Positions 8,938 to 16,628 of a DNA stretch of 64,000 nt are shown piece by piece. The stretch comes from Planctomycetota bacterium (lineage in GTDB: Bacteria; Planctomycetota; UBA1135; UBA2386), in assembly GCA_965223545.1 (NCBI GenBank), contig OZ245006.1, forward strand, positions 6,880,001-6,944,000, in the 5' to 3' direction. Every line of letters begins with the position of its first letter. Within the stretch, counting starts at the first letter, position 1. Both the position numbers and the translations under genes were made by a program. Under the pieces are notes generated by a model. It saw only the letters and a list, made by a program, of their open reading frames with translations, had not been told where the DNA came from and did not search any database.

Positions 8938-10821
8938 ATGAAGAAGTCCCTCCAGCGCGCGCAGGCCGGCACGGAGCTGCGGCAGTTCGCCGTGCCGAGC
9001 GAGCCGGTCTACCCGATCGCCCACTTGCAGGCCGACGAGCGCGAGCGGTTGGTGGAGACGTTCGTGCGGCTGCTCGAAGGCGTCTACGTCCACCTGCGGC
9101 TCAAGCGCTCGATGTACGGCAAGGATCCCGTGCAGCGTCTGCGGTTGTTGGGGCAGCGCGCCGCTGCGATGGACGAACCCGACTTCCACGCCGAGCTGTC
9201 GGCGATCCTGGTCGACCTGCGCGATGCACACACGCGCTACGCGAGCATCGCGGAGCGGCAGGGGTTGGTGGCGGTGCTGCCGTTCATGGTCGAGCTGTTC
9301 GGTGGCGCCGACGCGCCGCGCTTCTTGGTGTCCAATGTCGTCGAGGACGAGCCGGCATTTGCCGGCACCGAGTTCGCCGCCGGAGTCGAGATCGAATGGT
9401 GGAACGCGGTGCCGATCGCACGCGCGGTCGATCGCTACGCCGAGCGCGAGACCGGCGGCCGGCGCGACGCGCGCCGGCAGCGCGCACTCGAGTCGCTGAC
9501 CTTTCGCGCCCTCGAGTACGGTCCGCCGCCGGACGAGTACTGGGTGCGCGTCGGCTACCGGACCCCGTCCGGGCAAGCGCACGAGGTGCAGGTCGAGTGG
9601 CGTGTGGTCGAGGTCGGCGCGGGCGACGAGACGCGCAGCGAGCAGCCGGACTCCGCCATGGCCTATGCCGCCAACCCCGCCGCCGAAGCGGTGCGCCGCG
9701 CCAAGACGCTGCTGTTCGCTCCGGTGGTTTGGGACGACCACCGGCGCGGGGTGGCCAAGCGGCTGCCGCGGAATCGAGCCGTGCGCGCCGGCGAGTGGCT
9801 CAGCGGCCGGTTCGCCGGCCTGGTCTCCGCCAAAGAGGTCGAGACGGATGCCGGCACGTTCGGCTACCTGCGGCTCTGGAGCTTCGACTTGATCGACGAC
9901 TCCGGTTTCGTCGATGAAGTGATCGAGCTGCTGGATCGGTTGCCGCGGCGCGGGTTGATCGTCGACGTGCGCGCCAACCCCGGCGGGCTGATCTGGGCCG
10001 CCGAGCGGCTGCTGCAGCTGTTCACGCCGCACCGCGTCGAGCCGACGCGCTTCAGCCTGCTCGCCACCGACCTGACGCGCGAGATGGCCGAGCTGCCGCA
10101 GAACGCGCTGCAGCTCGAGCCCTGGCGGCGCAGCCTGGCGGACGCGGTCGCCAACGGCGAGCCGTTCTCGCGTGCTGTGCCGCTGACTCCGCCGCGACTG
10201 TGCCAGAGCACGGGGCAGCGCTACCCGGGGCCGGTGGTGTGCGTCGCCGACGGCAACACCTACTCGGCCGGTGACTTGTTCGCCGCCGGCTTCGTCGACA
10301 ACCGCATCGGTCCGCTGATCACCATCGGCGAGGCGACCGGTGCCGGCGGGGCCAACGTGTGGCGCCGCGCCGACGTCGAACGCGCGCTTGCCGGTGCGCG
10401 GCAGCCGTTGCCACCGTTGCCGGAGAGTGTGTCCTACACGCTCTCGTTTCGGCGCGCGGTGCGGGCAGGCAGCGCGTCGGGCACGTTGATCGAGGACCTC
10501 GGCGTGCCCGGCCACCTCCGCTATGAGTTGACGCGCGAGGATCTGACGGGAGGCAATCGCGACCTGATCGAGTTCTGTGGCCGGCTGCTGGCCTCGGAGC
10601 GGTCGACCGACTTGCAGGTCGAGCGCGTGGGCGACGCTGGCTTGAAGGTGTCGGCCGAGCGATTGGATCGCATCGATGTGTACGTCGACGGCCGCCCGGT
10701 CGGGTCGAGTGCACCGGACGAGCTACCGCCCGCCATCGAGCTGGGCGAATCGTGGTCGGCGGCGGAGGTGCGCGGGTTCGTCGGCCAGAGCCTGCGCCAG
10801 CGCCGGCTCATTCACCGTTGA
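8938..10821 (+). CDS. S41 family peptidase (tricorn/CTP-like core), no signal peptide
   Basis: LRDAHTRY; GYLRLWSF; LIVDVRANPGG; TYSAGDLFAAGF (catalytic Ser); GEATGAGGANV. Confidence 0.9.
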   Translation: MKKSLQRAQAGTELRQFAVPSEPVYPIAHLQADERERLVETFVRLLEGVYVHLRLKRSMYGKDPVQRLRLLGQRAAAMDEPDFHAELSAILVDLRDAHTRYASIAERQGLVAVLPFMVELFGGADAPRFLVSNVVEDEPAFAGTEFAAGVEIEWWNAVPIARAVDRYAERETGGRRDARRQRALESLTFRALEYGPPPDEYWVRVGYRTPSGQAHEVQVEWRVVEVGAGDETRSEQPDSAMAYAANPAAEAVRRAKTLLFAPVVWDDHRRGVAKRLPRNRAVRAGEWLSGRFAGLVSAKEVETDAGTFGYLRLWSFDLIDDSGFVDEVIELLDRLPRRGLIVDVRANPGGLIWAAERLLQLFTPHRVEPTRFSLLATDLTREMAELPQNALQLEPWRRSLADAVANGEPFSRAVPLTPPRLCQSTGQRYPGPVVCVADGNTYSAGDLFAAGFVDNRIGPLITIGEATGAGGANVWRRADVERALAGARQPLPPLPESVSYTLSFRRAVRAGSASGTLIEDLGVPGHLRYELTREDLTGGNRDLIEFCGRLLASERSTDLQVERVGDAGLKVSAERLDRIDVYVDGRPVGSSAPDELPPAIELGESWSAAEVRGFVGQSLRQRRLIHR

Positions 10822-10851
10822 CGCGAGGACACCGTTTCACCGAGGAGACCC

Positions 10852-11793
10852 ATGGTTGGATCGTACGACAAGCTGGTAGTGGCCGCGCACCGCGGCAAGA
10901 CCGCGGCCGAGCTGTTGGCGGCGCCGCCGGACGCGATCAAGGGCGTGTCGGCCGCCGACGCCACTCGCCTCGAGGAGGCGTTCGGCATCGACACGGTGGA
11001 GGAGATGGCGCGCAGCCGCTACTTCGAGCACTCGCGCGCGATCCTGGCCGGCGACGGCACGCCGCCGTTCGATCCGGGGCCGCCGCCGGATTGGCAAGAG
11101 CAGTTTGGCCAAGCGCCAGTGCAGCACTACCTGGGCCACCCGAGTGGACGTTTTCGCATCGAGTTCGGGCCGGTGTACTACCGCGGGCGCTTGGACGGCA
11201 CCGCGCGGGTGCTCGTGCTCGGCCAGGACCCGTCGACCAACGAGATCCTGGCGCACCGGATCTTCATCGGCCACTCCGGCCAGCGCATCCAGCGGGTGCT
11301 CGCCAAGCTCGGCATCGAGCGCTCCTACGTGATGCTCAACACGTTCTTGTTCAGCGTGCACGGCCAGTTCGACACCGAGCTGCGGAACATCTCGGAGGAG
11401 CCCGAGGTCGAGGGCTTCCGCCACGAGTGCCTCGACAGGCTGATGGACGACAACAACATCGAGGCCGTGCTCGCGTTCGGCGTCGGCGCCCGGCACGCCG
11501 CGCAGCGGTGGAACGGCCAGGGGAACGTCCCGGTGTTCGAGCTCACGCATCCCGCCGCGTCCGACAACCAGGTGCTGGCCTCTTGGAACCAGCACTTGCC
11601 GGCGATGCTGGCCGCGGTCACGCCGGATGCCGGCGCCGCCGCCGACCCGACGCCGTGGGCGGCGCCGCTGGGCGCCGCCGACATGGCCCCGATCCCGGCC
11701 TTCGACGTGCCCTTCGGCGTGCCCGCATTCCACCTCTCCGGCGGCGGCCACAGCAACCGCAACGGCAACGACCAGATCGTCTGGACCGCGTGA
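10852..11793 (+). CDS. Uracil-DNA glycosylase superfamily protein with N-terminal HhH-like fusion domain
   Basis: GAGGAG RBS; VLVLGQDP motif A, FIGHSG, YVMLN, THPA motif B; N-terminal ~70 aa PPDAIKGVSAADATRLEEAFGIDTVEEM. Confidence 0.85.
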   Translation: MVGSYDKLVVAAHRGKTAAELLAAPPDAIKGVSAADATRLEEAFGIDTVEEMARSRYFEHSRAILAGDGTPPFDPGPPPDWQEQFGQAPVQHYLGHPSGRFRIEFGPVYYRGRLDGTARVLVLGQDPSTNEILAHRIFIGHSGQRIQRVLAKLGIERSYVMLNTFLFSVHGQFDTELRNISEEPEVEGFRHECLDRLMDDNNIEAVLAFGVGARHAAQRWNGQGNVPVFELTHPAASDNQVLASWNQHLPAMLAAVTPDAGAAADPTPWAAPLGAADMAPIPAFDVPFGVPAFHLSGGGHSNRNGNDQIVWTA

Positions 11794-11802
11794 GCCTCGC
11801 AG

Positions 11803-12789
11803 CTAGACCGGAAACGGTCCCTCTTCGAACGTCTGTCCTGGGTGATAGCCCTTCGCGCCAACTGCGGCGCTGAGTTGGCTGAAGGGGGACGTGTTGTTCC
11901 GAAGGCACTCGATCGCGTGGGCGAAGGTGACTCTTGGCTCCCAACCGAGGTCCCGACGCGCGGCGGCGTTCACGTAGACCCGGTCGATTCCCTCGAACAT
12001 CCGCCATCCTCGTCGCTCGTACTCGTCCCGATAGTCGGTGTACTGCAGCACGACGCCTTCGGGGTCGTCTCGGAGGCGGGAGAGGTCCGGCCTCTTGAAT
12101 GGCGACGTCGCGCTCAGGATGTATCGCCCAAACCCGAGCTGTGTTGCTCGCTGGAGAGCGAGCAGGTGTGCCTCGACGGCGTCCTCCAGGTCGAGCCGCC
12201 GATAGAGCAGCTCGTTGACCTTCAGGTTCAGGTCTTCGAAGTTCGCCCGCGCTGCCGCGCTGTCGTCTTCCTCGGGAAAGAACCGGGAGGTTCTCAAGAT
12301 CAAGCACGGCAGACCGTGCAGGAAGTGGAAGAGATGACAGAGCTCCTCGGCGGCGACCTTCGTCGTTCCGTAGATGTTCTTCGGAATGGGCCGGACCTCT
12401 TCGGTGATCCATGCGGCGGGCTCCCCGGGAGGAGGAACAAGCGCGCGCCCAAAGGTGCTGGTCGTCGAGGTGAAGATGAAGCACTGACACCGCTGCGCGA
12501 CGGCTTCCTCCAGCAAGTTCAGGGTTCCGGTGATGTTCGAGTCGACGAACTGCTGGCGGGAGTGGGTGGCGACGTGGGGCTTGTGCAGCGTGGCCGCGTG
12601 GAGAATCGCGTCGCATCCAGAGACGGCATCGGCGACCGCCGCTCGATCGGAGACCGACCCCACGACCTCGGTGTAGGGGCTCTCGATCAGGTCGAACCCG
12701 CGGGGTTCGTGAGGACCCGCGCGAAGTGCACGCATGAGCCCTTCGCCGAGATGGCCGGAGCTTCCAGTCACGAGAACTTTCATCTGCAC
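11803..12789 (-). CDS. NAD-dependent epimerase/dehydratase (extended SDR)
   Basis: VLVTGSSGHLG; HAA; FTSTTSTFG; YGTTK. Confidence 0.93.
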   Translation of the reverse strand: MQMKVLVTGSSGHLGEGLMRALRAGPHEPRGFDLIESPYTEVVGSVSDRAAVADAVSGCDAILHAATLHKPHVATHSRQQFVDSNITGTLNLLEEAVAQRCQCFIFTSTTSTFGRALVPPPGEPAAWITEEVRPIPKNIYGTTKVAAEELCHLFHFLHGLPCLILRTSRFFPEEDDSAAARANFEDLNLKVNELLYRRLDLEDAVEAHLLALQRATQLGFGRYILSATSPFKRPDLSRLRDDPEGVVLQYTDYRDEYERRGWRMFEGIDRVYVNAAARRDLGWEPRVTFAHAIECLRNNTSPFSQLSAAVGAKGYHPGQTFEEGPFPV

Positions 12790-12831
12790 CGCGAGTACGG
12801 AGTCGCACTCGATTTTCTCGCTACCGCGCGG

Positions 12832-13290
12832 TCACGACCAGCATCCTTCGCGTGCGCTGCTCCTTGTCGAGCTGCTTGGCCGCAGCGGGCGAGCGCGGCG
12901 ACGAATGAGCCCCGATCGCCCGGAACCCAGGTGACGTCCACGTCCCAGTAGCCCTGCCATCCCGGTTTCGTCGACGATTTCGCTGCCGGTCATGTTGCCG
13001 ACCCACGCGGTCGTCGGCACGGTCAGCAGGCGGTAGCCGAGGCGATCGGTAGCCGTCGGGGCGCCTTCGTCCCACTCGACGTTGGCGCGGACGTTGGTCT
13101 TCAACGTGAGGTCGATTTCCGAGCCGCCGGCCAGTGCGCGCGGTGCGTCGGCGGTGACGTCGTGGGGGCGCGTGATCGCCGCGATCTCACCGCGATCTCA
13201 CCGCACCGGTTGAGCACGACGGTGTGTGGCACGACACCCGCACCGTAAGCCATGAACGACCGCTCGCCAGAACCATATGTTCCTCCGGAT
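12832..13290 (-). pseudogene. Fragment of a thioredoxin-fold (TlpA/redoxin-like) gene broken by an 11-bp tandem duplication
   Basis: Removing one copy of CCGCGATCTCA (13179-13200) joins SFMAYGAGVVPHTVVLNRCGEIA in frame to AITRPHDVTADAPRALAGGSEIDLTLKTNVRANVEWDEG; no CxxC N-terminus remains. Confidence 0.5.
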
Positions 13291-14104
13291 ATCGCTTGGT
13301 CCGCGCGCAAGCCGTGGCCAAGACCTCCTCGTCGCGCCGTGGCAGGAAGTACGAATCGTCGGTTCCTGCAGTCCCGCGTCCTCGTACCCGAGGGCCTTTT
13401 CCTGCCTCCGCAGGCAGTCGAGCTCACCGAGTAGGTTGGCCTGTCGGCGTTGGGTGCCGCGGTCCTCGTGGAGTTCGGCGAGGCAGACCGGCGGCGAGCG
13501 CGCGCAAGCCGCGAGGAGCGCGCCGTGAGCGACCTCCTCCCACCCATTCCTGCCTACGCGGGCTAGTGCCGCGGCCGCATCATCTTCGAGACGCGCTCGC
13601 GAAAGTCTGACAACAAGTAGCGTTCGACGGTCGACCCACTGACGCCGAGGCGCGAGAGGGCAGTCGCGATGCGATGAAGGTCAACGACATCCAACGCGCT
13701 GTCCTCCAGGAGCGCGGCGTGTCGCCCTGCCCTACCTAAGTAGCGTCAGGCATCACTGGCAGCGCGCGGGCGACTCTTGCGGCGGTCCGGGGGTTGTTCG
13801 CGACGTAAAGCGCCTCCGCATCCGGAAGCGGCCCGACGCGCCTGCAGATCGCGGCCAGCGTCAACGCGCCCAGCTCCGTTCGTCGGTCGAGTCGGCGTGT
13901 CGTAGGCGCTGGTGCAGTGCATCTCGGCTGCCTAAGTCGCCAAGTTGGGCGAGCGCGCTCATCGCGCTTTTTCGCATCTGCTCGTGGTCGTCGTCGACGG
14001 ACGTTAGCAGCCACCCGGCGTGCCTCGTGTCGCCGAAGGTCTCCAGGTACTACACGGCCGCGGAACGTACTCCGGGTGAGTCATGGGAGAGCGCGGCGTG
14101 GACT

Positions 14105-14195
14105 CTCAGCGCGGCCGAGGCCGCAACCAAACACGGAGCATTCCGCGACCCGAGCGTCGGTCGCGGGTCCCGCGGTCGCCGGCGGCCGCGCTGAG
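14105..14195 (-). repeat. 91-bp palindromic REP/MITE-like element, copy 2
   Basis: Same 13-bp TIRs and core; homology with copy 3 extends to ~14310. Confidence 0.9.
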
Positions 14196-14386
14196 CGCAG
14201 ACGCCAGTGTTGTCTTCGAGCCTCCGGGAGCTGCGTTGTCGAAGTTCCAGCGGCATCGAGCCTTCCGAAAGGTTGTCGCCGCGCGAAGATTTGCGGACCC
14301 CGAGGCTCAGCTCGAGGCGCGTGGGCGTCGCGTCCTCGTTTTGGGGCGTCGTCTGCCCGCTGACCGCGCACGCGACCACTACGCCA

Positions 14387-15272
14387 TGAGCGATGGCGCA
14401 GACCGAGGTCTTACGGAACGCCCGAGTCAGCTCCTCGGTCACGGGCGTTGGGCTTCATCGGACTTGTTCCACGTCCCGGACTCGCCCTTCTTCGAGCCCC
14501 CGGTCGAGGTCGGTGGCGTACTCTTGTTCGGTAGTGAGCCGAATCGCGCTAGCCCGATCGATGACGTTGAGCTGGGGACGACGGATGGTATGCCGGCGGG
14601 AACTCAGCGGCGGCTCGACATTTGGTCCGGCTTGGCCGGCAGCTTCCCGGAAGACTTCGTTGTCGTTGGAGGCCGCTTGTTCTTCAGCGCTGGCGATCCC
14701 GTAGCCGGCTTCGAACTCCGGATGTCGGATGGTTCGATTGCCGGTACCGTCCGCCTACCGGAGATCGAGCCGGGCACGCGGGGGAGTGCGCCCGACGCGC
14801 TGCAGGTGCTCGGCAACACTCTTGTCTTCTGGACGTTCTCGACGGCCGCAGGTCGAGAGCTGTTTCCGCTCGATCTCACGCACTCCAACCCGAGCTGATC
14901 GTCGATCTCGAGCCTGGTCCGGCTCCCAGCCGCACGAAGCCGGAGTTCGTTTGGGGCAACCCCCTGCTTCCTTCAGCGTCTCCGGTCCGAGCGCCGGCAT
15001 GGAGCTTGGCGTCAGCGATGGAACGGCGGCTGGGACCAGCCTCTTCGATTTGGGCTAGGAGTTTCGAGCTCCCGTCCGGGGGGGGCATCGAGGCCATCGA
15101 CAAGGGCCTGCTGTTCGCGGCGTCCGTCGGGCGAGGCGACTGGGAGCTTTGGCGCAGCGAAGGGAGCGGCTTTCGCCGGATTTTTGAGACACGATCCCTC
15201 AAGCAGGGCACGGGGCCGCGCAAACCACTCGGCGCTAGTTCCGCGTGCCGCGCGCGGACGCCGACGAACTGA
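14387..15272 (+). pseudogene. Decayed ELWxxDGT-repeat protein
   Basis: Repeats ELGTTDGMPAGT, ELRMSDGSIAGT, ELGVSDGTAAGT and ELWRSEG are spread over three frames with stops; the conserved Trp is lost in three of them. Confidence 0.75.
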
Positions 15273-15316
15273 GGCACGACCTTGCTGGTCGTGCCCCACC
15301 TACAGAAGGAAGACCA

Positions 15317-16570
15317 GTGTTTCATACTTCGCACCGCATCCTCGTAAGCGTGCTCCTCTGTGCTCTGCCACTCAGCGCGCAGCTCTGCCCGCCCTTCCAG
15401 GACGATGGATTCGCCGGCCAGTGCTGCCAGCAAGCGAGTCCCGTGATTCCCGATTTCCCGGAAGTCACCATCACCACCCTCTACAGCGACTTCGGGATCG
15501 GCAGCGCCGCCTGCCCGGTTGGCACGCCTTGCACGATCGTGTTGACTCTCGGTGCACCGGTGATCAACACATGCAACCGCCGTTCGGTTTCGGTAACGGG
15601 GGTCGACCGCACGACAGGCGCCGTAGTGCTGGTCGGCGCGCTGATCATGGAGTACTCGCGCACCTTCACGTGGCACGACCCGACGAATACGGTCGCTGAG
15701 ACCTCGCAAGTCTGGCGTTTCATGATCAACGGCGACCTGGCCTTCACCCAACCCACGACGTGCGTCGTTCCACCCTGCCAGGGCACCTTCGGCGTGGTGC
15801 ACATGGTGGGCAGCCTCGACTACGAGTGTCACCTAGCGAACGTGGCGGGCTCCGAAGTTGCGGTGTGGGATACACGGATTGACCTCACCCACTACGACCG
15901 GGACATCCACCACACGGGCTGCCGCCCGCTGGCAAACCCCCTGCTTGGGCATGTCTCGACACGCTACAGCTTGATCGGGCCGACCCCGGTCTCCTTCACA
16001 CCGGCGCAGCCGACCTTCCCTGGCTTCTACCAACTGGAGGCTGTTCGCGAGATCGATCTCGTGGCAAACCTCTGCTACCACGAGGCCGAAAGCGTGGATG
16101 CGGTCGTCACCCTTGCCCCCAGCCCCTGTCCCCGGCACGCACAAGAGACCATCTCAGGCAATTCGATCTGCAACGGAGTGGCTGGCAACTTCAGCACCGT
16201 GCCGCAGCCGAGCCTACCCAGCGGTTCGGAGGTGAACTTCATCGCCACACACAGTGCGCTGCCCCGCGGCCGTTTCCCCCGGGGTCTACACGTCTTCGGG
16301 CACGTCTCCATCCTGCAGGTGGACTGGCAATGCAATCACCACCCCTCCGGTGAGACCCTTTTGTGTCACGGAGTTACCACCCTGATGGATAACTCAGTGA
16401 GCAGCCCAGATCCGACTCCTTTCGGCATCTGGAAGACCAACCCCTACAACCACTCCTACGCTACGATGTTCGACCTAGTGAACCACGCCGTAGTCAACTC
16501 CGACAACGTGGCCGTACCCAACTTCGGCTGCCCGGATTTCGCCGAGTTCCTGCTGCAGCTCACTCAGTAG
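15317..16570 (+). CDS. Secreted Cys-rich hypothetical protein
   Basis: AAGGAAG then GTG 15317; signal peptide ..VLLCALPLSAQ; many Cys (GQCCQ, CPVGTPC, CVVPPC); visibly lower GC than the flanks. Confidence 0.75.
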   Translation: MFHTSHRILVSVLLCALPLSAQLCPPFQDDGFAGQCCQQASPVIPDFPEVTITTLYSDFGIGSAACPVGTPCTIVLTLGAPVINTCNRRSVSVTGVDRTTGAVVLVGALIMEYSRTFTWHDPTNTVAETSQVWRFMINGDLAFTQPTTCVVPPCQGTFGVVHMVGSLDYECHLANVAGSEVAVWDTRIDLTHYDRDIHHTGCRPLANPLLGHVSTRYSLIGPTPVSFTPAQPTFPGFYQLEAVREIDLVANLCYHEAESVDAVVTLAPSPCPRHAQETISGNSICNGVAGNFSTVPQPSLPSGSEVNFIATHSALPRGRFPRGLHVFGHVSILQVDWQCNHHPSGETLLCHGVTTLMDNSVSSPDPTPFGIWKTNPYNHSYATMFDLVNHAVVNSDNVAVPNFGCPDFAEFLLQLTQ

Positions 16571-16628
16571 TGCTGGCGAAGGTTCCTCCCGTAACGGCAG
16601 CAAGCCCTCGCAGTCCGCGATTCGGCCG

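Noticed and set aside
7243..10515. 1090-aa minus-strand ORF and similar long ORFs (2016-3800, 42334-45264, 49706-52894, 59249-62374, 60394-63702, 31728-34163)
   Set aside because: Shadow frames of motif-bearing genes in high-GC DNA; low-complexity Arg/Ala/Gly-rich translations with no motifs
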